A stretch of DNA of 59,286 nucleotides, filler included. It is 7 parts of 7 records of this genome, joined end to end, with 100 filler letters (N's around TTAATTAATTAA, not from the genome) between each part and the next. Parts side by side here need not be neighbours in the genome. Positions count along the whole stretch, not along the records: positions 5,127 to 17,458 come from SRR31156797_7656; positions 17,559 to 22,946 come from SRR31156797_7675; 5 more parts are not named here. One strand, written 5' to 3'. Under the pieces are notes generated by a model. The model had not been told where the DNA came from. It ran no database searches and was given only the letters and a program-made list of their open reading frames with translations. Below are positions 8,657-18,603 of the stretch, one piece after another. Each line of letters starts with the position of its first letter. Positions within the stretch are counted from its first letter, which is position 1. The position numbers and the translations under genes are program-made.

Positions 8657-11600
8657 CCGCCTATGCCGAGCTTCAAGTTTCCAGTAATTACAGTTTTCTG
8701 CGTGGTGCTTCACACCCCGAGGAACTGGTACTAGAGGCCGCTGCCCTCGGCCATCCGGCCATTGCCATTACGGATCGAAACACGCTTTCCGGTGTGGTGC
8801 GGGCCCATATTGCCGCTAAACGGGCGGGCATCAGGCTGGTTGTCGGTGTCCGGTTGGATTTGCAGGATGGCCCCGGCTTTCTGTGCTTTCCCAGAGATCG
8901 TGCCGCCTATGGACGGCTGGCCCGGCTTTTGACTGTCGGCAAGCGCCGTGCGCCGAAAGGCGAATGTCATCTGACCATTGCCGACCTGCTGGCCCATGGT
9001 GTAGGGCAAATTCTTGTCGCCCTGCCCCCGGAAGTCCTCGATCCATCTTTTGCCGCCACCCTTTATACTCTAAGAAAATACTTTAAAAAAAATATCTATC
9101 TATCTGTGAAATATTTATATAATGGGGATAATTCCTTGCGTTTGGCCGATCTGGCCACACTTTCCCGGGAAACATCCGTTCCCTTGGTTGCTTCCAACGA
9201 CGTGCACATGCACGCAGTGGCACGCCGCCCCCTGCAGGACGTCCTGACCTGTATTCGCGAGCACTGCACTCTTCGCGAGGCCGGCTTCCGATTGTGCGCC
9301 AATGCCGAGCGCCACTTGAAGGCGCCTGCCGAAATGGCCCGGTTGTTCAAGGATTGTCCGCAGGCCGTGTCGCGCACGACTGAAATTGCCGAAGCTTGCA
9401 CCTTCAGTCTGGACGAGTTGCGCTATGAGTACCCGATCGATCCGGTACCGGGCGGGCTCAGTCCGCAAGAGGTGCTTGCCCGATTGGCCTGGGCCGGCGC
9501 TGACGAATACTTTCCGGACGGCCTATCGCAAAAGGTACAAGCTCAGATCGAGCACGAACTGAAGCTGATCGCCGAGCTTGATTACGCGCCCTATTTTCTG
9601 ACGGTGCACGATATCGTGCGTTTCGCCCGTGGGCGTGGAATTTTGTGCCAGGGTCGGGGCTCGGCGGCCAATTCGGCGGTGTGTTACTGCCTTGGCATCA
9701 CGGCGGTGGACCCCAGCCGCATTGATCTTCTGTTCGAACGGTTTATTTCGGCCGAACGCAACGAACCGCCGGACATCGACGTCGATTTCGAACACGAGCG
9801 CCGTGAAGAAGTGATCCAGTACATCTATGAAAAATATGGCCGCGAGCGTGCCGGTATGACGGCGACCGTGATCACCTATCGTACCAAAAGCGCCCTTCGC
9901 GAAGTCGGCAAGGCGATGGGGCTTTCCGATGATTCTATCGTTGCCTTGCAAGGCGCTGCCTGGCGCCGGGCCTGGGAGGAAATCAAGGATTCCGATATCC
10001 GCGAATCTGGTCTGGATCCGACCGACGGTACGGTCCGTTTGGTCATGGAACTGGCCGGCGAGTTGCGCGGTTTTCCCAGGCATCTGTCGCAACATACCGG
10101 TGGCATGGTTATGACCAAGGGGCCTTTGTGCGAGGTCGTGCCGATCGCCAATGCGGCCATGGAGGATCGCACCGTCATTGAATGGGACAAGAATGACCTC
10201 GATGCGCTTGGCATTCTCAAGGTGGATGTGCTGGGGCTTGGCATGTTGACCTGCGTACGCAAGGCCTTCGAACTGATTGAGCGCCATCACGGGCGCAAGC
10301 TTACTTTAACCTCCGTTCCGGCGGGGGACGAGGCGGTTTACGACATGCTGTGCGAAGGCGATTCCGTAGGCGTGTTCCAGGTAGAAAGCCGAGCCCAGAT
10401 GACTATGTTGCCGCGCCTTCGGCCACGCTGCTTCTATGACTTGGTCATCGAGGTCGCGATCGTACGTCCCGGCCCCATCCAGGGCAACATGGTGCATCCC
10501 TATTTGCGCCGTCGTCAGGGACTGGAAGAGGTGGCCTTTCCGTCAAAAGATCTTGAACAGGTGCTTGGCAAGACCTTGGGCGTGCCGTTGTTCCAGGAAC
10601 AGGCCATGAAAATCGCCATTGTCGGAGCCGGTTTTACACCGTCTGAATCCGATGCCCTGCGCCGGGCTATGGCCACTTTCCGTCATTTCGGAGAAATCCA
10701 CCAGTTTCAAACCCGCTTCATCGACGGCATGTTGGCGCGCGGATACGAACGTGATTTTGCCGAACGTTGTTTCAAGCAGATCGAGGGGTTTGCCGATTAC
10801 GGTTTTCCCGAGTCCCATGCCGCCAGTTTCGCATTGCTGGTCTATATTTCGGCGTGGATCAAGCGGCATTATCCGGCCGCTTTCGCGGCGGCACTTTTGA
10901 ACAGTCAGCCCATGGGATTCTACGCGCCGGCCCAGATCGTGCGCGATGCCCGCGAGCACGGCGTCAAGGTGCGCCCGGCCGACGTCAACCTAAGCGACTG
11001 GGACTATACCCTTGAAGACGGCGATGCCGATGGCAATGCTGCCGTTCGCTTGGGACTGCGACAGGTTAAGGGCTTTGCAGAGACGGATGCGGCAGCCCTT
11101 CTGTCGGTACGGGATAGCGGGTATCGCGATATTCACGAGATATGGCGACGGGCGGGTGTTGGCTCGGGGGTTTTGGAAACGTTGGCACGCGCAGATGCGT
11201 TTAACTCTCTCGGTCTGGACCGACGACCGGCGATGTGGGCAGTGCGCGGGCTTGGCGAAGCGCCCTTGCCGCTGTTTGCTGCCGCTGAGGCGCGCGAGAA
11301 TTCACGGGAACCCGATGTTTCCCTGCCCGACATGGCGCTGGGCGAGAGCGTTAGCGACGACTACCGGTCGCTCAGGCTTTCGCTCCGGGCTCATCCGGCT
11401 GGTCTGCTGCGCGAGGATCTGAATAAGCAAGGCTTCCTGGCCTGTTCGCGATTGATGCGGATGAAGCATAGCCAAGTCGTGCGTCTTGCCGGGTTGGCGA
11501 TCACGCGCCAACGGCCGGGCAGCGCCAATGGGGTTATATTTGTTACGCTTGAGGACGAGACCGCAATTGCCAACCTGATCATTCATAACGGTGTTTTCGA

Positions 11601-11835
11601 ACGTTTTCGCAAGGTTACGCTTGGTGCCGGTCTGATGGGTGTTCAGGGCCGTGTACAGCGCCAAGATACGGTCATCCATGTGTTGGCCGAAAAATTGTTC
11701 GACTTGACGCCGTTGCTGGGAAACCTGGTCAACGATGCTGTTCTTGCTCCCCAATCGGGCCGATTACCACGTGGCCGCCGGGCAGCGCGAGACACCGGCG
11801 TGCCGCTGAAACCGGAAACCCACGATTTTCACTGA
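8653..11835 (+). CDS. dnaE2: Error-prone DNA polymerase DnaE2 (ImuC)
   Basis: YAELQVSSNYSFLRGASHPEEL PHP start, GRGSAANS, PPDIDVDFEH, YGFPESHA, C-terminal HDFH; ATGA overlap with imuB. Confidence 0.95.
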   Translation: MTAYAELQVSSNYSFLRGASHPEELVLEAAALGHPAIAITDRNTLSGVVRAHIAAKRAGIRLVVGVRLDLQDGPGFLCFPRDRAAYGRLARLLTVGKRRAPKGECHLTIADLLAHGVGQILVALPPEVLDPSFAATLYTLRKYFKKNIYLSVKYLYNGDNSLRLADLATLSRETSVPLVASNDVHMHAVARRPLQDVLTCIREHCTLREAGFRLCANAERHLKAPAEMARLFKDCPQAVSRTTEIAEACTFSLDELRYEYPIDPVPGGLSPQEVLARLAWAGADEYFPDGLSQKVQAQIEHELKLIAELDYAPYFLTVHDIVRFARGRGILCQGRGSAANSAVCYCLGITAVDPSRIDLLFERFISAERNEPPDIDVDFEHERREEVIQYIYEKYGRERAGMTATVITYRTKSALREVGKAMGLSDDSIVALQGAAWRRAWEEIKDSDIRESGLDPTDGTVRLVMELAGELRGFPRHLSQHTGGMVMTKGPLCEVVPIANAAMEDRTVIEWDKNDLDALGILKVDVLGLGMLTCVRKAFELIERHHGRKLTLTSVPAGDEAVYDMLCEGDSVGVFQVESRAQMTMLPRLRPRCFYDLVIEVAIVRPGPIQGNMVHPYLRRRQGLEEVAFPSKDLEQVLGKTLGVPLFQEQAMKIAIVGAGFTPSESDALRRAMATFRHFGEIHQFQTRFIDGMLARGYERDFAERCFKQIEGFADYGFPESHAASFALLVYISAWIKRHYPAAFAAALLNSQPMGFYAPAQIVRDAREHGVKVRPADVNLSDWDYTLEDGDADGNAAVRLGLRQVKGFAETDAAALLSVRDSGYRDIHEIWRRAGVGSGVLETLARADAFNSLGLDRRPAMWAVRGLGEAPLPLFAAAEARENSREPDVSLPDMALGESVSDDYRSLRLSLRAHPAGLLREDLNKQGFLACSRLMRMKHSQVVRLAGLAITRQRPGSANGVIFVTLEDETAIANLIIHNGVFERFRKVTLGAGLMGVQGRVQRQDTVIHVLAEKLFDLTPLLGNLVNDAVLAPQSGRLPRGRRAARDTGVPLKPETHDFH

Positions 11836-11853
11836 GCTGTACAACTGTATCCG

Positions 11854-12627
11854 TCAAAGCGTCTGCAGAATCAGGTTGATCCCGATCACGCTAAGCATGA
11901 TTAGCAGAACCCACTCGAAAGTTTTTTGCGGCACATGGTTCCTGAGCAAACGCCCGATCGCCAGCCCAACCATAAGGGGGAAGATCGTCAGAGCCGATGC
12001 GGATAATTCCGTCCGGCCGAGAATGCCGTCGAAGGCGAGACTGATATACAGAACCGCCATGCCGCTAAGGAAAAACAACGCAACGGCCGCCACAAACAGA
12101 TCCTTCGGTACGCGCAATGCCACCAAATACATGGCTAAAAGAGGCGCATAGAAATTAGAAACCCCACCAAGAAGTCCCGCCGCAAAGCCCATTCCAATCC
12201 CTACCTTGCGTTCGGCCGAGGCCGGAATGTTGGGGTGTGAGGGAAAAACACGGCTAACGACAAAGGCCAGGACAATCCCTGCCAACAGACGGGCCACAAG
12301 TCTTGGGTCAACTTCCACAAGAAGCTTGGCGCCGAAGAGGGTGCCAACGACGATTGCGGCGAGAACCGGCCAGAAGCGGCGAACCACCAACCCATGGTGA
12401 CCGCCCTGGATCGCCTGCCAACCATTTGAAGCGAGTGCCGGCACCGACATGAGGGCAATGGCCATAGCCGGCTCTGTAACCGTTGCGATCAACGGAACCG
12501 CAACCAAGGGAAGCCCAAGACCAAGGACCCCCTTTACCGTGCCGGCAACGAGAAACGCTGCTGTGATCACGAGTGCACCCCAGCCAGGCACGCCAATCGC
12601 AGAAAAAAGGCCTGAAAAATCAGTCAT
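11854..12627 (-). CDS. TauE/SafE (TSUP) family membrane protein
   Basis: AGTVKGVLGLGLP, about 8 TM segments; start could be 12642. Confidence 0.8.
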   Translation of the reverse strand: MTDFSGLFSAIGVPGWGALVITAAFLVAGTVKGVLGLGLPLVAVPLIATVTEPAMAIALMSVPALASNGWQAIQGGHHGLVVRRFWPVLAAIVVGTLFGAKLLVEVDPRLVARLLAGIVLAFVVSRVFPSHPNIPASAERKVGIGMGFAAGLLGGVSNFYAPLLAMYLVALRVPKDLFVAAVALFFLSGMAVLYISLAFDGILGRTELSASALTIFPLMVGLAIGRLLRNHVPQKTFEWVLLIMLSVIGINLILQTL

Positions 12628-12793
12628 TTGAAATTTTTCCACGCATTCGCGGCGGAAGAACCGGTAACATCTTACAACAGTTGATCATTTCGCATTCCGG
12701 GTTGCGTCGTCCTGAAAGACACAATATTTGGGGGCGTAGTCTGTCTATTTCCGCCCGTTCAATATCTGGCTGTCTAAGAAAGTGGTGACTCCA

Positions 12794-13252
12794 ATGTCAA
12801 CAATCGCCCAATTCGTTCATGCTTTATTTGCCGTCATTTGGGTCGGTGGAATGATGTTCGCCTATGCCGTTTTGAGGCCTGTGGCCGCGGAAATGGAACC
12901 ACCTCAACGGCTGATGTTGTGGCGTGGCGTATTCAGGCGTTTTTTCATTTGGGTCTGGCATGCCATCGTTTTGTTGCCGCTGACGGGCTATGTACTTCTT
13001 TACGACACGTTCGGTGGATTTAGCGGGGCTGGACTGCACATCCATCTGATGCAAGCTACCGGCTGGCTGATGATCGCGATCTATCTATGGCTGTTTTTCA
13101 GTCCTTACAGAACCTTTCAACAAGCGGTTGACGAAGAGAACTGGCCGCTTGCCGGTACTCGTCTGGGTACCATCCGGCGGACCGTTGCCGTCAACACGGT
13201 TCTTGGGATGATTACTGTTGCGATCGGTGCTTCGGGCCGCTACTGGGGATGA
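12794..13252 (+). CDS. CopD-like 4-TM membrane protein
   Basis: HALFAVIWVGGMMFAYAVLRP. Confidence 0.7.
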   Translation: MSTIAQFVHALFAVIWVGGMMFAYAVLRPVAAEMEPPQRLMLWRGVFRRFFIWVWHAIVLLPLTGYVLLYDTFGGFSGAGLHIHLMQATGWLMIAIYLWLFFSPYRTFQQAVDEENWPLAGTRLGTIRRTVAVNTVLGMITVAIGASGRYWG

Positions 13253-14025
13253 TGACAAGCCGGGAAAAGCCGCCGGTCGAAGCGGACCTTGTCCGCCAAA
13301 TTGAGAGCCTGACTCCGCTTGTCTGGCCGCCCGCGGAAACGAAGGAACTTTCCGGTTGGATGATGGCGACCGATCGCGGGATATCCCGCCGCGCCAATTC
13401 CGTCCTGCCGAATCGGTGGGACGGAAATTCGGATATCGATCAGGCCGTCGATCGGGTTGAGAAGCACTACCGGTCCCGCGGATTGCCTCCTTGTTTCAAG
13501 ATTACGGAAGCATCGATGCCGGCCGAATTGGATGGGTGTTTGGCCGAACGGGGATACCGTACCGAAGGTGCAACCGAAGTTCTGGCGGCACAACCCAAAG
13601 AGCTTGCTGGCAACAACGGCGTTCAATACCAGATCGAAAACCTATCCCAACCAACTGGCCATTGGGCGAATGGCGCCGGCCTCGGAGATGGTACGGAATC
13701 TTCTCTGGCAAAGCTGCAAATCATCCGACAGATAAAGGAACCGAAAACCTATTTGTTGGCTATGGATCAATCGGAATCCGTCGGTGCCGCCGTTGTTTCA
13801 CTGGCCAAAGGATGGGCCTGTATCTCAGGACTACACGTATCCGCCCAGTGGCGCGGCAAAGGCATCGGGCGTTCCCTGATAGTTGCGTCGGCTGTTTGGT
13901 CGATGGAAAACCAGGCGGAATCGATTTTTCTGCAGGTCGAAGTCGACAACCCTCGGGCCCGGTCTCTTTATGAACGCCTCGGTTGGCGGTACATCTACAG
14001 ATACCATTATCGAACAGCGGCATAA
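13249..14025 (+). CDS. GNAT acetyltransferase
   Basis: SRRANSV; WRGKGIGR acetyl-CoA loop; LQVEVDNPRARSLYERLG. Confidence 0.85.
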   Translation: MMTSREKPPVEADLVRQIESLTPLVWPPAETKELSGWMMATDRGISRRANSVLPNRWDGNSDIDQAVDRVEKHYRSRGLPPCFKITEASMPAELDGCLAERGYRTEGATEVLAAQPKELAGNNGVQYQIENLSQPTGHWANGAGLGDGTESSLAKLQIIRQIKEPKTYLLAMDQSESVGAAVVSLAKGWACISGLHVSAQWRGKGIGRSLIVASAVWSMENQAESIFLQVEVDNPRARSLYERLGWRYIYRYHYRTAA

Positions 14026-14045
14026 CGAGTACTTGGTTCAAGACA

Positions 14046-14747
14046 ATGGCAAAAACGGAAGGCGCTTCCATGACGCGGGACGATATAAAAATCATCAATA
14101 AATCACGCCGCTATGACGGCTACTTCCAGATTGACCGATATACCGTTCAACACCGGCTGTTCGATGGCGGTTGGACGCAGCCTTTCGAACGGGAAATTTT
14201 CGAGCGCGGTCATGCGATCGTCGTTCTGCTTTACGATCCGGACGAAGACGTCCTGGTATTCATCGAGCAGTTCCGGATGGGAGCCTTCGCTGCCTTGTCC
14301 TCCCCATGGTGGGATCCCGAAGCGTCACCCTGGTTGATCGAGTGTGTGGCCGGGATCATCGAAGACGGCGAGATGCCCGAATCGGTGGCGCGAAGGGAGG
14401 CGGTCGAGGAAGCGGGCTGCGAAGTCACTGAACTAGAACCAATTCATCGAATTCTGGCCAGTCCCGGTGGATGCAGCGAGTCGGTCCATCTTTTCTGTGG
14501 GAGAACCGACGCCTCGCAAGCTGGAGGCATTCACGGACTCGATGACGAACATGAGGATATTCGCGTTCTAAAAGTACCGGTATCGGAAGCTTTTGATTGG
14601 CTGGATCAAGGAAAACTTATGCATAGCGCGACGATCATCGCACTGCAGTGGTTCCGCAATCATCATATCCAAACTCGAGACAAATGGTTGTCTAACGACA
14701 ATAGTATAGTCCGTTCCCTGAAACCCGGTAACGACACCCAAGAATAA
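14046..14747 (+). CDS. nudF: ADP-ribose pyrophosphatase (Nudix)
   Basis: REIFERGHA, EQFR, Nudix box AGIIEDGEMPESVARREAVEEAG, GGIHGLDDEHEDI. Confidence 0.88.
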   Translation: MAKTEGASMTRDDIKIINKSRRYDGYFQIDRYTVQHRLFDGGWTQPFEREIFERGHAIVVLLYDPDEDVLVFIEQFRMGAFAALSSPWWDPEASPWLIECVAGIIEDGEMPESVARREAVEEAGCEVTELEPIHRILASPGGCSESVHLFCGRTDASQAGGIHGLDDEHEDIRVLKVPVSEAFDWLDQGKLMHSATIIALQWFRNHHIQTRDKWLSNDNSIVRSLKPGNDTQE

Positions 14748-14832
14748 ATCCCGCTGGTTGGGTCTTGAATCGCCGGTGTCCGGTTGCCAGTTTTCCGGAA
14801 GAACATTTTCCATAAATGGATGGTAGATAACG

Positions 14833-15834
14833 ATGAAAATCCGCAATGGATTTGTTGAAACCATTGGCGACACTCCGCTTATAAAGCTGAAACGGGCTTC
14901 CGAAGAAACAGGTTGTGAGATTCTTGGCAAGGCGGAATTCCTGAACCCGGGTGGCTCCGTCAAGGATCGGGCCGCCCTGTTCATCATCCGGGATGCGGAA
15001 GAACGGGGTCTTTTGAAACCGGGCGGTATCGTTGTCGAGGGCACTGCGGGCAATACGGGTATCGGGTTGGCCTTGGTTGGCAATGCCCGCGGCTATCGCA
15101 CGGTCATTGTCATTCCGGAAACTCAGAGCAAGGAAAAGAAAGACATGCTGCGCCTCTGTGGCGCCGACCTGCGGGAAGTCCCGGCGGTTCCATATAAAGA
15201 TCCAAATAACTACATCCACGAGTCTGGTAGATTGGCCGAGGAACTGAATGCGTCAAATCCGCAAGGCGCTGTCTGGGCCAACCAATTCGACAACGTCGCA
15301 AATCGCCGAGCCCATTTTGAGGGCACTGGCCCCGAGATCTGGGAACAAACCGATGGCAAAGTGGACGGTTTTGTTTGCGCGGTAGGAACGGGAGGGACAC
15401 TTGCTGGCGTTTCCATGTTCTTGAAAAAACAAAATAGTGATATCTCGACGGCAATCGCTGACCCCATGGGGGCAGCGCTTTACAACTACTACACGCGTGG
15501 AGAGTTGAAATCCGAAGGCTCTTCAATCACCGAAGGTATCGGTCAAGGTCGAATCACGGCCAATCTGGAAGATGCGCCGGTGGATCATGCCTTCCAAATT
15601 CCGGATCAGGAAGCCCTTCCAATCGTCTTCAATTTGTTGAAGGAAGAAGGGTTGTGCCTTGGTGCTTCTAGCGGAGTGAATATTGCCGGTGCTATCCGGC
15701 TGGCACGGGAATTGGGACCAGGAAATAGGATCGTCACCATCTTGTGCGATTATGGAACCCGGTATCAGAGCAAGCTTTTCAATCCAGCCTTTTTACGTGA
15801 GAGGAATCTTCCAATCCCGGAATGGCTGGTCTAG
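14833..15834 (+). CDS. cysK: Cysteine synthase (O-acetylserine sulfhydrylase)
   Basis: KAEFLNPGGSVKDR PLP motif, EGTAGNTG, VGTGGT, ILCDYGTRY. Confidence 0.9.
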   Translation: MKIRNGFVETIGDTPLIKLKRASEETGCEILGKAEFLNPGGSVKDRAALFIIRDAEERGLLKPGGIVVEGTAGNTGIGLALVGNARGYRTVIVIPETQSKEKKDMLRLCGADLREVPAVPYKDPNNYIHESGRLAEELNASNPQGAVWANQFDNVANRRAHFEGTGPEIWEQTDGKVDGFVCAVGTGGTLAGVSMFLKKQNSDISTAIADPMGAALYNYYTRGELKSEGSSITEGIGQGRITANLEDAPVDHAFQIPDQEALPIVFNLLKEEGLCLGASSGVNIAGAIRLARELGPGNRIVTILCDYGTRYQSKLFNPAFLRERNLPIPEWLV

Positions 15835-15886
15835 TGCTCTTTATATTGTGACCTTTGTCGTGTGTCTCTTTTCAGGGAGGAAATGA

Positions 15887-16759
15887 ATGAATTTCGTCAA
15901 TCCTGATGCTTTGGTTGACAGCAAGTGGCTGAATGATCGACTTGGACAGGATGGCATCGCAGTCGTCGATGCAACGTGGTTTCCGAAACATTCGCCACGA
16001 AAGGCGCACGCAGAATTTTTGGACGCTCATGTACCCGGTGCTGTTTTTTTCGATATCGACGATATTGCGACTCCCGGTACAGATCTTCCACATATGCTCC
16101 CAGATGCAGCCCGATTTGCTGCCAAGATAGGTGCTCTTGGTATTGGTGACGGCGATCATGTCATTGCCTACGATGCTAACGGTGGCGCTGCTGCCGGCGC
16201 GCGGGCATGGTGGATGTTTCGGGCGTTTGGCCATTTGAAGGTCTCGGTACTAAGTGGTGGCTTAAGTAAATGGAAGAAAGAAAACCACCTGATAGAGAGT
16301 GGGCAGCCGTCGCCGATACCGAAATCGTTTACGGTGCGGACCCAAGATGGACGTTGCAATCTGGAACTGGTTCGTAACATCGACCAGATGATGGCGAATG
16401 TTAAGTCCGGTGCCGAACAAGTTGTGGATGCCCGGAGTGCCGGACGGTTCGCCGGAACCGCTCCTGAACCCTGGCCGGTCATTAAGGTCGGACATATCCC
16501 CGGAAGCCTGAATCTTCCGTTCAATTCATTGATGGATTCGGAAAATTCCGGGGTCATTCTTTCGGCCGATGAGATAGCGAACGTCATAAAAGCAGTCGGG
16601 ATCGATCCGGAAAAACCGGTCATTGCGACATGCGGGTCGGGGGTGACGGCAGCTATCATTTCTCTCGGGCTATATCTGATCGGTCAAAAGGGAGCTGCGA
16701 TCTATGACGGGTCATGGTCGGAATGGGGAAAACGCGAAGATACACCGGTCGAGACTTGA
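15887..16759 (+). CDS. sseA: 3-mercaptopyruvate sulfurtransferase
   Basis: HVPGAVFFDID, DARSAGRF, GHIPGS, TCGSGVTA, YDGSWSEW. Confidence 0.92.
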   Translation: MNFVNPDALVDSKWLNDRLGQDGIAVVDATWFPKHSPRKAHAEFLDAHVPGAVFFDIDDIATPGTDLPHMLPDAARFAAKIGALGIGDGDHVIAYDANGGAAAGARAWWMFRAFGHLKVSVLSGGLSKWKKENHLIESGQPSPIPKSFTVRTQDGRCNLELVRNIDQMMANVKSGAEQVVDARSAGRFAGTAPEPWPVIKVGHIPGSLNLPFNSLMDSENSGVILSADEIANVIKAVGIDPEKPVIATCGSGVTAAIISLGLYLIGQKGAAIYDGSWSEWGKREDTPVET

Positions 16760-16794
16760 TCGTCGGTGTTGGCCGCGCTAAAGCGGATGCTGCT

Positions 16795-17458
16795 ATGAGA
16801 AAAAATAGGACACCCAGCAAGGAAACCTTGCTTGTTACCGCCGGTCGGCATTCCAAAGAAAACCACGGGATTGTCAATCCCCCTGTTTACCATGCCTCTA
16901 CCGTCACTTTTCCAACGGTGGCCGAACTCGAGGCTTCGAACGCAAATCCCTTTGTCGGCGTTCACTACGGTCGTCAGGGAACGCCGACAACCTTTGCTTT
17001 TGAAGAAGCTGTTGCCGAATTGGAAGGTGCCGACGGTGCTGTTATCCTTCCTTCCGGTTTGGCAGCAATTGCCTGCTCACTTATGGCATTTCTGCGATCT
17101 GGCGATCATGTGCTGATCACAGACAGTGTATATTTTCCGACGCGTCGTTTCTGCGAAAGTGTTCTCAAGGGTTTTGGCGTTGAAACGACCTATTACGACC
17201 CGCTGATTGGCGCCGGTATCGATCAATTGATCAGGCCTGAAACCAAGGTGATCTTCGTCGAAGCACCGGGATCCCTGACGTTTGAGATGCAGGACATACC
17301 TGCTATCGCTGAGGTTGCTCGTTCCCACGGCGCCAAGGTTGTTATGGACAATACGTGGAGTGCCGGGCTTTTTTTTCAGCCGTTCGAACATGGGGTGGAT
17401 GTTTCAGTTCAGGCTGCCACGAAATTTGTTGTCGGCCATTCTGATGCAATGCTGGGAA
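16795..17458 (+). CDS. metC: Cystathionine beta-lyase (3' truncated)
   Basis: VNPPVYHAST, YGRQGTPT, DNTWS, QAATKFVVGHSD. Confidence 0.9.
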
Positions 17459-17558
17459 NNNNNNNNNNNNNNNNNNNNNNNNNNNNNNNNNNNNNNNNNN
17501 NNTTAATTAATTAANNNNNNNNNNNNNNNNNNNNNNNNNNNNNNNNNNNNNNNNNNNN
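17459..17558. other. Artificial contig linker
   Basis: N44-TTAATTAATTAA-N44. Confidence 0.98.
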
Positions 17559-17708
17559 CTTGGCATGGCCGATATGCAGGTAACCATTTGGTTCAGGAGG
17601 AAAACGGGTAGCCACCCTTCCTTCGTATTTTCCTGTTTCATTATCTTTATCAATAATCGCGGTAATAAAATTCTTACCTACATTGGACTCGGTTTTATTG
17701 TCTGACAT
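17559..17708 (-). CDS. glnS: Glutaminyl-tRNA synthetase, N-terminal fragment
   Basis: NFITAIID...[17 protein letters not shown] (HIGH motif). Confidence 0.9.
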
Positions 17709-18100
17709 TTATCTATAATCCTTGATTTTTTTATCTTTCAGCTGCCCGGACTATTCCCTGCAGGCAAGCATTATTCACTAAGAATCTTATCTGAATACGA
17801 GAATTTATGCCTATGGTCAAATACCCTATAGTGAACAGTAGACCTGATTTTTATCCTTTGCTGAAAAGTTTCCATATGCGGAGCAAAACCATTAAGAGAA
17901 CAATGTCAAAATACTGAAAGCACTCTTAAAAAAATTGTTCATGATCTATTTTTCTGTTAAGGTGCTGAAAGCTTAACTGCATCGGATTAATTCATGCCAA
18001 AGAACATGAAATAAAGAGTAAGCCCGGAACCTCAGGGGAAAAATTTCTTCCGGCTTACCGCGCAAACATATATGCCAACTTTTTTTAAGGAGTCGCGATA

Positions 18101-18559
18101 ATGAATGTAGAATTGGCCAAACCTTTTATCAAGGCAACCTCGGACATCCTGACAATGATGGCCATGATTACGCCTACAGCGGGTAAACCGTTTGTGAAAA
18201 AAGGTAATGTCGCCAACGGAGATGTAACGGGCATAGTCGGCTTTACAGGATCAGTAAATGGAAGCATCTCAATTACTTTTGAAAAAGCCTGTGCCGCTCA
18301 GATTGTAAGAAACATGCTCGGCGACGACATTCAGGACATCATTCAGGATGTAAAAGATGCTGTCGGCGAAATCACCAACATGGTTTCCGGACAGGCAAGA
18401 GCAGGACTGACTGAAATGGGATACAAGCTTCAAGGCTCTACCCCCACCGTCATCATGGGCGACAACCATACCATTGCCCACGTAACAGCCGGTCCGGTAA
18501 TGGCAATTCCATTCACCACAGATCACGGCAATTTCACCATCGAATTCGGCTTCGATTAA
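18101..18559 (+). CDS. cheX: Chemotaxis phosphatase CheX
   Basis: GDVTGIVGFTG, DAVGEITNMVSG (ExxN), PTVIMG. Confidence 0.9.
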   Translation: MNVELAKPFIKATSDILTMMAMITPTAGKPFVKKGNVANGDVTGIVGFTGSVNGSISITFEKACAAQIVRNMLGDDIQDIIQDVKDAVGEITNMVSGQARAGLTEMGYKLQGSTPTVIMGDNHTIAHVTAGPVMAIPFTTDHGNFTIEFGFD

Positions 18560-18562
18560 AAG

Positions 18563-18600
18563 ATTAAGCCCGGCAGCTTTCGCTTCCGGGCTTCTTAATT
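18563..18600. terminator. Bidirectional terminator between convergent cheX and the cyclase gene
   Basis: AAGCCCGG-cagctttcgctt-CCGGGCTT stem with AT-rich flanks. Confidence 0.65.
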
Positions 18601-18603
18601 ATC

